From assembly GCF_046119375.1 (NCBI RefSeq), contig NW_027362762.1:357616001-357680000 (forward strand): a stretch of DNA of 64,000 nucleotides, given 5' to 3'. A program made the translations under genes and the position numbers. The notes under the pieces are model-generated. The model searched no databases, had not been told where the DNA came from, and was given only the letters and a program-made list of their open reading frames with translations. The DNA comes from Phyllobates terribilis. Lineage: Eukaryota. Below are positions 24,247 through 38,800 of this stretch, piece by piece (positions within the stretch are counted from its first letter, which is position 1; each line of letters starts with the position of its first letter).

Positions 24247-24572
24247 GGGGGATCTAAGAGTGTGGCAACCCAGTAGTCATGATTACTTCGAATTCTGACA
24301 ATATGAGGGTCATGCTGCAGGTAGTGCAGCAAGAAGGCACTTATGTGTCTTGCGCATCTCGGAGCCTCAAAATTATTTTCCGGGCTAGATGCAGCTAAAA
24401 ATTATTTTTAATTTTAAATCTGGTGAAGCTTATTATAGATGGCCTAATAGGATCAGTGCTGCACACTGCTACAAAGCCCAAATTATTTTCCAGTCAAGAT
24501 ACAGATAAACATGATTAGTAATTTGAAAGCTTAAAACGGTTGGTAGGGTGATTTTAACCAATCATCAAGCTT

Positions 24573-27500
24573 TTACTCTCCCCAGGATGACACAGGGGTA
24601 GAAAAGTCGTTTCGGATCCATGATTTGTTCATCTTTATGAACGTGAGTCTGTCTACATTATCAGTGGAGAGCCGCGTGCGCTTATCTGTCAGCACACCAC
24701 CAGCAGCGCTGAACACACGTTCAGACAGAACGCTGGCTGCGGGGCATGACAAGATCTCCAAGGCGTAAGTGGCTAGCTCCGGCCATTTATCCAGATTGGA
24801 AGCCCAAAAAGAGCAAGGGTCCAGTGACACAGTCGTGGCTTCAATGTTTACTTGGAGATACTCCTGTACCATCGTCTCTAGGCGTTGACTATGTGTCAGA
24901 CTTCTTGTCTCCTGTGGCCTTGCAAAGGATGGGCTAAAAAAGTGGTGAAATGATTCCGCAAAATTGATGTTACCAGCAGATACTGTGGTTCTGTTACGGT
25001 TTGAGTGCTGAACACTTGACGGTCCCACGGTTGGCAAGTTGGAACTGTGAGATTCACTACGTGCACCACTGGTATTTTGTGGAAAAGCACATGTAAGATT
25101 CTGCAACAGTCTCTGCTGATACTCCTGCATGCGTGCATCCCTTTCTATGGCAGGAATAATTTCTGCAAATTTACTTTTGTACCGGGGATCTAACAGTGTG
25201 GCAACCCAGTAGTCAGGATTATTTCTAATTCTCACAATTCGAGGGTCATGTTGCAGGTAGTGCAGCAAGAAGGCACTCATGTGTGTTGCGCATCCAGGAG
25301 CACCAAGTCCCTGTTGTGTTGGTGGCGAGGTAACAATCATGCTTCCTTCCTCTGTCCTCTCCCCCCAACCTCGCACAACAGAAATGTGATCAAGGTCTCC
25401 CTCATCTGATGAGTCTTCCATCAGTTCGTCCTCCACTTCTTCCTGGGCTCCTGCACCTTCCTCACTAGTTTGGCTGCTACCATGCGCCCTGGTAAAATCA
25501 TCTCCCCCACCCTCACATGCCTGCCGCCTTGGTGCTGCCGACCGTCTGGACCTTGCAGATGTTAGCCCTTCCGCATACAACTCCTCCTCCTCTACTTCCT
25601 CCACCTCCTCTTGTGCCACCACCTGACTCCGAATTCTGTTTAACATGTGCTCCAGCATGTAAATCACCGGAATAGTCATGCTGATAATGGCATCGTCAGC
25701 ACTAAACATCTTCGTCGCCATTTCAAAACTGTGCAGAAGGGTGCATAGGTCCCTGATCTGAGACCACTCCTCCAGCGTGATTTGCCCCACCTCTGAATCT
25801 CCTTGGCCCAGGCTATACGTCAGAACGTATTGCACCAGGGCTTGTCGGTGCTGCCACAGTCGCTGCAACATGTGCAGAGTTGAATTCCACTGGGTAGGCA
25901 CATCGCATTTTAGCCGGTGAAGTGGCAGGCCCAACGACTTCTGTAGAGATGTAAGTCGCTGAGCTGCGGGATGCGAACGGCGGAAGTGAGCACACAGCGA
26001 CCGTGCCCTCTGCAGAAGGCCATCTAGTCTGGGATAGTGGGCTAAAAATTGCTGGACAACCAGGTTCAACACGTGAGCCATACAAGGCACGTGTGTGACA
26101 TTGCCCCGGTGAAGGGCCGCACCCAGGTTTGCAGCATTGTCGCACACGGCCTTCCCTGGTTTCAGGTCCAGTGGAGACAAACATTCATGAAATTGGTTCT
26201 CCAGAGCTGACCACAACTCCTCAGCTGTGTGACTCACATTTCCCAGACATTTCAATGTAAAAACCGCCTGATGACGTTGAGCCCTACTGCCAGCATAGTA
26301 AGGAGGTGTGCAGGATCCCTTCTGCGCAGTTAGAAAGCTTGTGGCATGACCAGACAGGCTTTGGGTGCAGGTGGAAGACCGAGAGGAGGTTGAGGAGGCA
26401 GAAGCAGTGGAGGAACTTTGACATAAAGAGGATTGACGCACAACTCGTGGGGACGGCAAGACTTGGACAGCAGCCCCTTGTCCTGCTGTCACCATAGTTA
26501 CCCAGTGCCCAGTCAGCGACATGTAACGCCCCTGTCCATGTCTACTCGTCCAAGTGTCTGTAGTGAAATGCACCGTCACACACAGAGTTTCTCAAAGAAG
26601 CGGTGATGTTGTGTGCGACATGCTGGTGGAGCGCAGGCACACCTTTCTTTGAGAAGTAGTGCCGACTGGGCATCTGGTACTGGGGCACTGCGACGGACAT
26701 AAGGTCTCGAAAATCCTCTGTGTCCACCAGGCGGAAAGGCAGCATTTCTGTAGCCAAGAGCTTGCAGATGGTGAAATTCAACCTCTTAGCTTTCTCATGG
26801 CCAGGAGGAAATGGTCTTTTACTTGTCCACATCTGAGGGACCGAGGGCTGGCTATTGTGCTTAGACGGGGTTGATAAGGGTGTCCCCGGCAAACTGCCGG
26901 TCTGTGAGGAAGATGCAGGCGGACATGTTAGGTTGCCTTGATCCAAAGGTGGTGCTATCGATGTCGGACAGCGCTCAAGACCAGCTGGTGTTACCACCTC
27001 CAAAGAAAATGATGACCTGCCAATCACGCTGGCTGTTGCGGGTAAAGAGGTGGCAGGTCTGCGCCCCAAAACAGGTGTGACTGCTGTCCCCCCAGTCACA
27101 GAGGATGAAGAGGCCGCGGATGCACAAGATATGGCAGACGGTGGTTGGCCCGGCCGGCTAGGCCGCATTGTAGCACACTGAGCTTCCCACTGCAACTTAT
27201 GCTTCATGTCCATGTGCCGGTTCATGCATGAAGTACTCAAACTATGTATTTTTTGGCCTCTACTTAGCTTTTGCTGACAAATGTTACAGATAACACGAGT
27301 TGGGTCATCTTTATCGATCTGAAAAAATGCCCAGGCTATGCAAGGCTTAGCACCCATGCGACCTGAAGAGCCACCACGACTTGTGGTGAGAGGCAGAGTT
27401 GTGTTTGAGGATGCAGTTGTTGACGTGCTTCCAGTACTACGTCTCTGTCCAGGAAGGCGCAACCTGACCTCGTCGTCACTAGCATCTTCCTCCACCTCCT

Positions 27501-28251
27501 CTGCTGACCTCATCTCTTGGCTGACTGTGGGTTGACAGTAAGTGGGATCTCCGACCTCATCATCATCACCCTGTGCGTTATCACACCCGTCGTCCTCAGA
27601 GCCAACCTGTTCCTGCCCTGACAAAAAACTAAAGTTGTCGCTCCAATCAGGTATTTGAGTCTTATCATCGTCTTCCTCATTGTCTCCACCAACAGGAGTT
27701 ACAGTTTGGGAATGAGGGTCTACATTATGGTCAGAACCTTCTGCGTCTGGTCCTGGATCCGACTCATAAAGATTCTGGGCATCAGTGCAGATCATTTCCT
27801 CGTCTGGATTCACAGAAGCGCTGGAGTCGACCTCTGATTCCCAGGCTATAGTATGAGTAAACAGCTCTGCAGACTCAACCATCTGTTCTACCTCATACTC
27901 AGACGGGCAGCTGGAGATTTGGGAGCTGTGAGGAAGCAAGTGCGATTTGGGTGACACCTTTGAGGACTGGAGTATTTGTGATGTTGAAGTTGATGTGGAG
28001 GAGAGCCCACTTAAAGGAGCACTTGATATCCGTTGAAGCACCTGCTGTTTTTGTGCCTCATCTGGAATTTGTAGCGATTGGCGTGGCCGTAAGAAAGGGA
28101 TCTTATCACATTGTCCGCTAAAAGAAGTAGACATTTTAGTTTGGCTGGAAGATGGTCTTTCTTCTGCACCTACCCCACGGACACAACCTTTTTTCCCCTT
28201 CCCAACACGCCTATTCCCCTTTCCACCATCAGCAGGCCTTTTTCCACTCAT
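24573..28251 (-). pseudogene. hAT transposase, single 2-bp frameshift
   Basis: ORFs 26542..28251 and 24573..26579 overlap. TGTGAC-GGTGC versus TGTGACAGGGTGC in copies 1 and 3 shows loss of AG near 26575; total length is 2 bp less than the copy 3 CDS. Confidence 0.95.
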
Positions 28252-28368
28252 TTTGGTGGTTAACTAATTCACAACTCTGGAGTTGTTTGCACAAAAAAAC
28301 AATGGATGGTAACCGAGCAGAGCTGAGTGGCCAAACTGTGGTATTAGGCCAAAACTATTGGCTGGGTT

Positions 28369-28982
28369 AGATGCAGAAAAAAAATATTTTTAATTTGCAA
28401 CCTGATGGAGGTCAGTATAGATGGACTAATAGACCAAGTCCCACACACCGCTAGAAGCCCAAATATTTTTTCAGAGCTAGATGCAGAAAATTTTTTTATT
28501 CAATTTGCAACCTGATGGAGGTCAGTATAGATGGACTAATAGACCAAGTCCCACACACTGCTAGAAGCCCAAATATTTTTTCAGAGCTAGATGCAGAAAA
28601 AAATTATTTTTAATTTGCAACCTGATGGAGGTCAGTATAGATGGACTAATAGACCAAGTCCCACACACCGCTAGAAGCCCAAATATTTTTTCAGAGCTAG
28701 ATGCAGAAAAAAATTATATTCAATTTGCAACCTGCTGGAGGTCAGTATAGAAGGACTAATAGAACAAGTCCCACACACTGCTAGAAGCCCAAATATTTTT
28801 TCAGAGCTAAATGAAGAAAAAAATTATTTTTAATTTGCAAGCTGATGGAGGTCAGTATAGATGGACTAATAGACCAAGTCCCACACACTGCTAGAAGCCC
28901 AAATATTTTTTCAGAGCTAGATGCAGAAAAAAATTATATTCAGTTTGCAACCTGATGGAGGTCAGTATAGATGGACTAATAG
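28369..28982 (-). repeat. 110-bp VNTR (~5.6 units) in hAT copy 2
   Basis: ATAG(A)TGGACTAATAG-type unit ends at 28432, 28542, 28652, 28762, 28872 and 28982. Confidence 0.93.
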
Positions 28983-29949
28983 AATGATGCTATGCCCAAA
29001 AGATTTTACTTCACTAGGTGCAGTAAAAAAATTGGTATTCTATACACAGGTGGTATATCTTGCAACACAGATAGGCTACTCCACTGACTAACACACTCTG
29101 CAATAGGCCAAAAAGGATTAGCTTTGCTAGATTCAGCCAAATGCTGTGAAAAAAACTTGCACAGCACTGGCACAGACCTGCCTGGCAAAAACTGATAGGA
29201 ACTGATGTAACCTAGTCCTGAAAAGGACTCCAATTACAATTAGTCTTTACTCCCACAATCTATCTATTTAAGAGCACAGACCTGCTTGATAAAAGTCGTA
29301 GGAAATGCTGTAACCTAGTCCTTAAAAGGACTGCAATCACAACTATTCCCTACTCCCAAGCTATCTGTATATTTGTGCGAAAATTGGCTTGAAATTAACA
29401 AGGTATAGCGCACACAGCAACAGCGGTGCCGTCTAACACGCAGCTGCAGCAGTGAGAAAATGGTGGCGACGGGGAAAATGGCTTGGTCTTATAGGGCAAG
29501 GACATGTGACATACACTGCCAATCACACATGCCCTTGCTTGTGTGAAAAAAAGCACTTCGCTCCGTGTGTGCGCTGCTGATAGGCTGACAGATTGCACCT
29601 CCCCACTGCAAATGCGGGAAAGAGAAAAAAAAATGGAGATCTTCATTGTTCCTGCAGAGATCCATCCCCTGCCCCTCCCCCCGCCCCGCTGTACACTCAA
29701 ACTGCGTATTAACATTAATTTTCATCATTACTGAGAAAAAATCCAGTTATGATTTTGGTGCACGAACAGTTATCGAACATAACCTCGAACAGCCGAATTT
29801 TTCTCAAATTGTTCGTGTTCGCCGACCGGCTCGAACACCGCCCAAAACAGCTCGAATTTGAGATTGGCGAACAGTTCGAGTAGAACAACGCTCATCTCTA
29901 ATGGCTACACCACTACCTCTTACAGCACAAAAATATTAGCTTTTTATTT

Positions 29950-31020
29950 AGGGACCACAACACATTTGAAGTGACTTTGAGGGGCCTATATGACAGAAAA
30001 TACCCAAAAGTGACACCATTTTAAAAATTGAAACCCTGGAAGTGCTCAAAACCACATTCAAGAAGTTTAATAACCCTTCAGGTGCTTCACAGGAATTAAA
30101 GCAATGTGGAAGAAAAAAATGAACATTTTATTTTTCCCACAAAAATGTTGCTTTAGCACCAAATTTGGCATTTTTACAAAGGTAATAGGAGAAAATTGAC
30201 TTTTCTTGTGCAATTTCTCCTGAGTACGCGGATAGCATATATGTGGTGAAAAACTATGTTTGGGCACACAGCAGGGCCCAGAGCGGTAGGAGCACCATTT
30301 GAATTTGAAGTGCAAAATTGTCTGCAATCGATTGAGTATGCAATGGCCTGTTAGCAGAGCCCCTAATGTGCCTAAACAGTGAAACGCAAACAAGTGACCC
30401 CATTTTGGAAACTACATCCCTCAAGGAATTTATTTAGACCTGTGGTGAGCACCTTGAACACACAGGTGCTTCACAGAACTGTATAACGTTGAGCAGTAAA
30501 AATTAAAAAAAAATGTTGTTTCAGCCCCAAATTTTTCACTTTCACAAGAGTAACAGAGGAAATGGACCATACCATTTGTTGTGCAATTTCTCCTGAGTCT
30601 GAGTACAGCGATAATCCATATGTGGTGGAAAATTACTGTTTGGGTGCACGGCAAGGCTTGGAAGGGGAGGAGCGCCAATTGACTTTGGAGTGAAAAATTG
30701 ATTGGAATAGATAGCGAATGCCATGTTGCTTTTGCAGAGCCCCTGATGTGCTTAAACAATGGAAACCACCCCACACGTGACCTTACTTTGGAAACTACAC
30801 CCCTCAAGGAACTTACCTAGAGATGTGTTGAGCACTTTTAGCCCACAGGGGCTTGACTGAATTTTATCAGTATCAGTTTATTGGGCCATGAAAATGGGAA
30901 AAAAAATTTCCCCAAAAATATTGCTTCATTCCCAATATTTTTGCTGTCTGTGACTGCTCTGTGCCAGCAGAGATTAGCACTGGGCACTACAGGAGAGTAG
31001 GTAACAACTACCTGCCTGTT
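29950..31020 (+). mobile_element. Interior of a non-autonomous piggyBac-like repeat with ~380-bp internal duplications
   Basis: GGAAACTACA(T/C)CCCTCAAGGAA at ~30408 and ~30790; CAATTTCTCCTGAGT recurs. No TIR seen here, so the family assignment is recalled resemblance. Confidence 0.45.
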
Positions 31021-31059
31021 AGTTTTTTGGCCCATAGTAAAAAAAAAATAGTCCCGGAT

Positions 31060-32740
31060 AACCTCTTTAATTCTTCATGGTGGGTACCATACATGTAGAA
31101 ATTATCTGCTCACCTTTTCTGAGTCTCACAATGAAATGGTGGTTGTTACCATAATTGCCAAATTCAGACCACAGCGCAGATTTACACTAATCTAATGTGC
31201 AGTCCTTTCATTTCTTGAACCAAACAAGTCTCCTCTTGTTTTCTGTCCTCAGTAGTGTTTTCTTTGCAGAAATTTAACCATAAAAGCCTACTTCTCACAT
31301 TGTCCCGTGGACACTTGATGTTGAGATGTGTTTTCTACTTGATGCCTTCATGTCTGTGCATCACTTATGAGGGCTTTTGTCTGAGTTGCTGTCATCTTAC
31401 ATCTTCTGATTGTAACACCTGCACATGGAACTGTCAGATCAGCTACTGGTTTACTGGGACTTACAGACACTAAGAAGAGCTTTTCAGCTGCTGTTATACA
31501 GGGACCTACAGACATTAATCGTTTTTCCCCTGAGCTGCAGTGGACTACAATTCCCAGGGACCCTTGTTTCAGTCAGATGACACAGCCTGGAAGGATAGAA
31601 GGAGAGAGCGTGGATTGGAGGAGGAGGGACTTGGGGGAGGGAGCTGGGCAGGAAGTGAAAGTAAAAGTTCAGAGGAAAGAGAGCGTGACAGCTTGCTGTG
31701 AAAGACGGAGCACTGTGGATTTGTATTCCTCTACGCTGCAGAGTGTTGCCATCCCCGCTGATATACCCGCGCTGCTGGAAAGAGCGCGGCCTTGTCACCC
31801 TGTGAAGCAAGTGACATCAAGGACTCGGAGAGTTCTGCCGGCACTCCCACCATATAAAGGGCTGAATCCTGCCACCCCTAGCTGGTGTCCAGGGAAACAT
31901 ACGACCGTTTGAGACGCACCGTGAGTGCCCTTCTGAGACTTGTGGTTCTACCAGCGCTATTTACAGTGAGTACACTACAACCCAGACTATTGACATTAAT
32001 ATTCATCTAAGTGCACCAACGGTTCTAATTTGCGCGCCAACATCCGTGGCAACTGGGCCCCAACATTTGGACTGAGTTAATACAAAAAAGGGAAAACCTG
32101 CTACGTTATATTTGCAGGGTCGGGGTAGAATTAGATTGTGATATGTATATGACTTTTACAGAGCACCGTTACTTGTATTGTATGTTATTTCTTTAAATCC
32201 ACCTCATTTCTGCTGCATAGCAATAAACCTGTTAAACAGTTTTACTCCTGTTCCTGGTGAGTGTGTACTGAGCTGTGGCAGGGGCTTCCCAAATCAGTCC
32301 CTGGCAGAAGATAACAGTCCTTCTGCAGTCCCAGTGAGAGCTCCAATCAAGATTCAGGTGGAGGCACTGCGCCCTAGAGAGGTGAGACCCCCCCAATAAC
32401 ACCCAGCGTACCGTGATAGCCCTAAAGGGGTGTTACATGATACTGGTAACTCTGCAACAAAGGTAATTCTTAATCTTTGGTTCCTGGGGCAGTCCAGCGA
32501 GAGTCAGTTTTATCAAAACGATTGATGATGTTCTGACTGCACTTGAGGATATCTTCAAGGTTCTAGAAATTTTTAGTAGGGTGGTTCTTACCATATTCTG
32601 GCTTAGAACATATGTGAAATAGGGATCAGCACTGTATTAAATTGTTACCGACACCACCTTTTCAAAAAACACCTAATGGTCACAACATTTTCTGAAGGCC
32701 AGTGATTCAACAGATGAACTCTTGACGAGGCATTTGACTG
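31060..32740 (-). mobile_element. Heavily decayed Tc1 (related to 16517..18150) interrupted by a solo LTR
   Basis: Segments such as CCAAACAAGTCTCCTCTTG, GTTGAGATGTGT and ACTGCACTTGAGGATA match the 17320..17640 region. Confidence 0.55.
31411..32437. mobile_element. Gypsy-type solo LTR
   Basis: TGTAACACC...GGTGTTACA inverted termini with 4-bp TSD TGAT (31407..31410 and 32438..32441). Confidence 0.88.
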
Positions 32741-33820
32741 GTACTGTATATTTACCACTATCTCCGGATTAAGAATAATTGTGTCTGTCCTTGCTTATAA
32801 TAACCAAACCTACTTAATTTAGAAGCACCATATTATAATATAAAATATATTTTATCTTTAGTACTCTATACTTAAAAGAAGCTCCATTATAGAATAAGTA
32901 AACATGTACCAGTTCATAATTCTAATTTTTGATTGCTCTAATTTTCAGGTCATCCTCCTCTTTATTGAAACTTATACACAAGTGAAAAATTAATTCAATT
33001 GATAAATTCCAGTAATACAGCAGTAGAGCCTGGAATAGCTCCACTTGATTACCTGCTAGGCTTAAGGACTACTACTGAAACTTTCCAGCCCAGCAGGCAA
33101 TATGTTTTGGCAAAGAACACATCAGCCTCTTGTGTTCACATTAATAACACTTATACAATATGTTTTTAAGTTCTAGTATCCAAGGATAAAATTTGCTCAC
33201 CAAAATAATATATTAGATACTAAAACCAGACAAGCAGTGTTGTAGCTTAAATCAGCTTGTGTAAATGCAACCTAAATGCTTCTGTTTGATGGTGCAATAA
33301 GTTAGCATTTGAGTCCCCACATTTAACTTTTGTCCAAGGCCCCACTTTGTGTACAACCAGCTCTGGGTGTCTGGGAGCTAGATTTCATTGATGGTAACAT
33401 GAATTCACAGATGTACTGCTCTACATTGAAAGAGAAAGATGTTTCCATTACTCCATGACCTTGATAGACGTGCACTTTTCCAACATGACAATGATTCAAA
33501 ACACGCATCTGTTGAATTTCTGAGGAATAACTGGGTGAAAGTGATTCAGTGGCCAAGTATGTCTCATAATAGCCATGACTATATGGTGAATTGGGGTGCT
33601 GAACAAAATATCTATACTCCCATATTGCCAAATCTTTGGCTTCTTCACTATCCCTGTATGCAGCACAGGGTTTCAGAATGTTATTATGTAATAGGTGGAC
33701 ACCCAGACTGACCAATTTCTGAAGTACACAGATACTGTGGGCCCTTTCCTGAGTGTTAGTTCCTTTATTCCATTACCTATTATAGATCTCCATTCTGGAA
33801 AAATTGCAATGAATATAGTA

Positions 33821-34543
33821 CCTTGGGGTTATATTTGACACAGAACTTTCCTTTATTCCCTATATCTAATCGCTCACTCGCTCATGTCACCTGCATCTTA
33901 AAAACATCTCCAGAATCCGACCTTTTCTCACATTTGAAACTGCTAAAATTCCTACTGTCACTCTTATTCATTCTTGTCTCGACTACTTTGACTCTCTTCT
34001 GATCAGTCTCCTTCTAACCAAACTTTCTCCTCTCCAATCTGTTCTGAATGCGGCAGCCAGGGTCATATTTCTGTTCAGCCACTTCACCGATGCCTCCACC
34101 TTGTGCCAGTCATTGCACTGGTTGCCCATTCATTACAGGGTCCAATATAAACTCATCGCTCTCACCCACAAAGCTCTCTACAGTTCTGCACCACCTTATA
34201 TCTCCTCCATCATCTTTGTCTATCACTGTACACGTGCCCTCTGTTCTACAAATGACGTAAGACTAATATCCTCCATAATCCGAACCTCACACCTCCATCT
34301 CCAAGACTTCTCTCATGCTTCGCCAGTTCTCTGGAATGCACTACCCCAGACGATATCTGACTAACATCTAGCCCCCACGTTTTTTAAGTGTGCTTTAAAA
34401 AAAATCTCTTTAAACAAACCTATCATGTCAACTTACTGACCTAACTCTCCCCTGTTCCCTCCTTCTAAATATTATTCAGAATCTGTTCCCTACTATTCAT
34501 CTGTCTCCACACCCTCCATGCACATGATAACTGCACTTGCTAA
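33821..34543 (+). mobile_element. L2/CR1-type LINE 3' fragment (continues at 44017..44268 after hAT copy 3)
   Basis: LGVIFDTELSF..HLKNISRIRPFL..LHWLPIHYRVQYKL; the tail GTAAAGTGCTGCGGAATATGTTGGCGCTATATAAATAAAATTATTATT lies after the hAT insertion. Confidence 0.85.
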
Positions 34544-35461
34544 TAGAGATGAGCGTTGTTCTACTCGAACTGTTCGCCAATCTCAAATTCGAGCTGTTTT
34601 GGGCGGTGTTCGAGCCGGTCGGCGAACACGAACAATTTGAGAAAAATTCGGCTGTTCGAGGTTATGTTCGATAACTGTTCGTGCACCAAAATCATAACTG
34701 GATTTTTTCTCAGTAATGATGAAAATTAATGTTAATACGCAGTTTGAGTGTACAGCGGGGTGGGGGGAGGGGCAGGGGATGGATCTCTGCAGGAACAATG
34801 AAGATCTCCATTTTTTTTTCTCTTTCCCGCATTTACAGTGGGGAGGTGCAATCTGTCAGCCTATCAGCAGCGCACACACGGAGCGAAGTGCTTTTTTTCA
34901 CACAAGCAAGGGCATGTGTGATTGGCAGTGTATGTCACATGTCCTTGCCCTATAAGACCAAGCCATTTTCCCCGTCGCCACCATTTTCTCACTGCTGCAG
35001 CTGCGTGTTAGACGGCACCGCTGTTGCTGTGTGCGCTATACCTTGTTAATTTCAAGCCAATTTTCGCACAAATATACAGATAGCTTGGGAGTAGGGAATA
35101 GTTGTGATTGCAGTCCTTTTAAGGACTAGGTTACAGCATTTCCTACGACTTTTATCAGGCAGGTCTGTGCTCTTAAATAGATAGATTGTGGGAGTAAAGA
35201 CTAATTGTAATTGGAGTCCTTTTCAGGACTAGGTTACATCAGTTCCTATCAGTTTTTGCCAGGCAGGTCTGTGCCAGTGCTGTGCAAGTTTTTTTCACAG
35301 CATTTGGCTGAATCTAGCAAAGCTAATCCTTTTTGGCCTATTGCAGAGTGTGTTAGTCAGTGGAGTAGCCTATCTGTGTTGCAAGATATACCACCTGTGT
35401 ATAGAATACCAATTTTTTTACTGCACCTAGTGAAGTAAAATCTTTTGGGCATAGCATCATT

Positions 35462-35745
35462 CTATTAGTCCATCTATACTGACCTCCATCAGGTTGCAAA
35501 CTGAATATAATTTTTTTCTGCATCTAGCTCTGAAAAAATATTTGGGCTTCTAGCGGTGTGTGGGACTTGGTCTATTAGTCCATCTATACTGACCTCCATC
35601 AGGTTGCAAATTAAAAATAATTTTTTTCTTCATTTATCTCTGAAAAAATATTTGGGCTTCTAGCAGCGTGTGGGACTTGTTCTATTAGTCCATCTATACT
35701 GACCTCCATCAGGTTGCAAATTAAAAATATTTTTTTCTGCATCTA
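35462..35745 (+). repeat. 110-bp VNTR (~2.6 units) in hAT copy 3
   Basis: Units start at 35462, 35572 and 35682. Confidence 0.92.
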
Positions 35746-35861
35746 GCCCAGCCAATAGTTTTGGCCTAATACCACAGTTTGGCCACTCAGCTCTGCTCGG
35801 TTACCATCCATTGTTTTTTTGTGCAAACAACTCCAGAGTTGTGAATTAGTTAACCACCAAA

Positions 35862-38800
35862 ATGAGTGGAAAAAGGCCTGCTGCTGGTGGAAAGGGGAAT
35901 AGGCGTGTTGGGAAGGGGAAAAAAGGTTGTGTCCGTGGGGTAGGTGCAGAAGAAAGACCATCTTCCAGCCAAACTAAAATGTCTACTTCTTTTAGCGGAC
36001 AATGTGATAAGATCCCTTTCTTACGGCCACGCCAATCGCTACAAATTCCAGATGAGGCACAAAAACAGCAGGTGCTTCAACGGATATCAAGTGCTCCTTT
36101 AAGTGGGCTCTCCTCCACATCAACTTCAACATCACAAATACTCCAGTCCTCAAAGGTGTCACCCAAATCGCACTTGCTTCCTCACAGCTCCCAAATCTCC
36201 AGCTGCCCGTCTGAGTATGAGGTAGAACAGATGGTTGAGTCTGCAAAGCTGTTTACTCATACTATAGCCTGGGAATCAGAGGTCGACTCCAGCGCTTCTG
36301 TGAATCCAGACGAGGAAATGATCTGCACTGATGCCCAGAATCTTTATGAGTCGGATCCAGGACCAGACGCAGAAGGTTCTGACCATAATGTAGACCCTCA
36401 TTCCCAAACTGTAACTCCTGTTGGTGGAGACAATGAGGAAGACGATGATAAGACTCAAATACCTGATTGGAGCGACAACTTTAGTTTTTTGTCAGGGCAG
36501 GAACAGGTTGGCTCTGAGGACGACGGGTGTGATAACGCACAGGGTGATGATGATGAGGTCGGAGATCCCACTTACTGTCAACCCACAGTCAGCCAAGAGA
36601 TGAGGTCAGCAGAGGAGGTGGAGGAAGATGCTAGTGACGACGAGGTCAGGTTGCGCCTTCCTGGACAGAGACATAGTACTGGAAGCACGTCAACAACTGC
36701 ATCCTCAAACACAACTCTGCCTCTCACCACAAGTCGTGGTGGCTCTTCAGGTCGCATGGGTGCTAAGCCTTGCATAGCCTGGGCATTTTTTCAGATCGAT
36801 AAAGATGACCCAACTCGTGTTATCTGTAACATTTGTCAGCAAAAGCTAAGTAGAGGCCAAAAAATACATAGTTTGAGTACTTCATGCATGAACCGGCACA
36901 TGGACATGAAGCATAAGTTGCAGTGGGAAGCTCAGTGTGCTACAATGCGGCCTAGCCGGCCGGGCCAATCACCGTCTGCCATATCTTGTGCATCCGCGGC
37001 CTCTTCATCCTCTGTGACTGGGGGGACAGCAGTCACACCTGTTTTGGGGCGCAGACCTGCCACCTCTTTACCCGCAACAGCCAGCGTGATTGGCAGGTCA
37101 TCATTTTCTTTGGAGGTGGTAACACCAGCTGGTGTTGAGCGCTGTCCGACATCGATAGCACCACCTTTGGATCAAGGCAACCTAACATGTCCGCCTGCAT
37201 CTTCCTCACAGACCGGCAGTTTGCCGGGGACACCCTTATCAACCCCGTCTAAGCACAATATCCAGCCCTCGGTCCCTCAGATGTGGACAAGTAAAAGACC
37301 ATTTCCTCCTAGCCATGAGAAAGCTAAGAGGTTGAATTTCACCATCTGCAAGCTCTTGGCTACAGAAATGCTGCCTTTCCGCCTGGTGGACACAGAGGAT
37401 TTTCGAGACCTTATGTCCGTCGCAGTGCCCCAGTACCAGATGCCCAGTCGGCACTACTTCTCAAAGAAAGGTGTGCCTGCGCTCCACCAGCATGTCGCAC
37501 ACAACATCACCGCTTCTTTGAGAAACTCTGTGTGTGACAGGGTGCATTTCACCACAGACACTTGGACGAGTAGGCATGGACAGGGGCGTTACATGTCGCT
37601 GACTGGGCACTGGGTAACTATGGTGACAGCAGGACAAGGGGCTGCTGTCCAAGTCTTGCCGTCCCCACGAGTTGTGCGTCAATCCTCTTTATGTCAAAGT
37701 TCCTCCACTGCTTCTGCCTCCTCAACCTCCTCTCGGTCTTCCACCTGCACCCAAAGCCTGTCTGGTCATGCCACAAGCTTTCTAGCTGCGCAGAAGGGAT
37801 CCTGCACACCTCCTTACTATGCTGGCAGTAGGGCTCAACGTCATCAGGCGGTTTTTACATTGAAATGTCTGGGAAATGTGAGTCACACAGCTGAGGAGTT
37901 GTGGTCAGCTCTGGAGAACCAATTTCATGAATGGTTGTCTCCACTGGACCTGAAACCAGGGAAGGCCGTGTGCGACAATGCTGCAAACCTGGGTGTGGCC
38001 CTTCGCCGGGGCAATGTCACACACGTGCCTTGTATGGCTCACGTGTTGAACCTGGTTGTCCAGCAATTTTTAGCCCACTATCCCAGACTAGATGGCCTTC
38101 TGCAGAGGGCACGGTCGCTGTGTGCTCACTTCCGCCGTTCGCATCCCGCAGCTCAGCGACTTACATCTCTACAGAAGTCGTTGGGCCTGCCACTTCACCG
38201 GCTAAAATGCGATGTGCCTACCCAGTGGAATTCAACTCTGCACATGTTGCAGCGACTGTGGCAGCACCGACAAGCCCTGGTGCAATACGTTCTGACGTAT
38301 AGCCTGGGCCAACGAGATTCAGAGGTGGGGCAAATCACGCTGGAGGAGTGGTCTCAGATCAGGAACCTATGCACCCTTCTGCACAGTTTTGAAATGGCGA
38401 CGAAGATGTTTAGTGCTGACGATGCCATTATCAGCATGACTATTCCGGTGATTTACATGCTGGAGCACATGTTAAACAGAATTCGGAGTCAGGTGGTGGC
38501 ACAAGAGGAGGTGGAGGAAGTAGAGGAGGAGGAGTTGTATGCGGAAGGGCTAACATCTGCAAGGTCCAGACGGTCGGCAGCACCAAGGCGGCAGGCATGT
38601 GAGGGTGGGGGAGATGGTTTTACCAGGGCGCATGGTAGCAGCCAAACTAGTGAGGAAGGTGCAGGAGCCCAGGAAGAAGTGGAGGACGAACTGATGGAAG
38701 ACTCATCAGATGAGGGAGACCTTGATCACATTTCTGTTGTGCGAGGTTGGGGGGAGAGGACAGAGGAAGGAAGCATGATTGTTACCTCGCCACCAACACA

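Larger units (their letters stand above)
20198..29900 (-). mobile_element. Composite hAT transposon, copy 2 (complete, inverted)
   Basis: TIRs TAGTGTTGAGCC (20198) and CGCTCATCTCTA (29900); perfect 8-bp TSD ATGGCTAC at 20190..20197 and 29901..29908. Confidence 0.97.

Noticed and set aside
32950-33100. Possible exon after TTTTCAG (and an opposite-strand candidate)
   Set aside because: Stops in all frames and no recognisable protein.
33426-33600. Tc1 catalytic fragment (QHDNDSKH..VIQWPS)
   Set aside because: Probably real but too short and decayed to delimit as an element.
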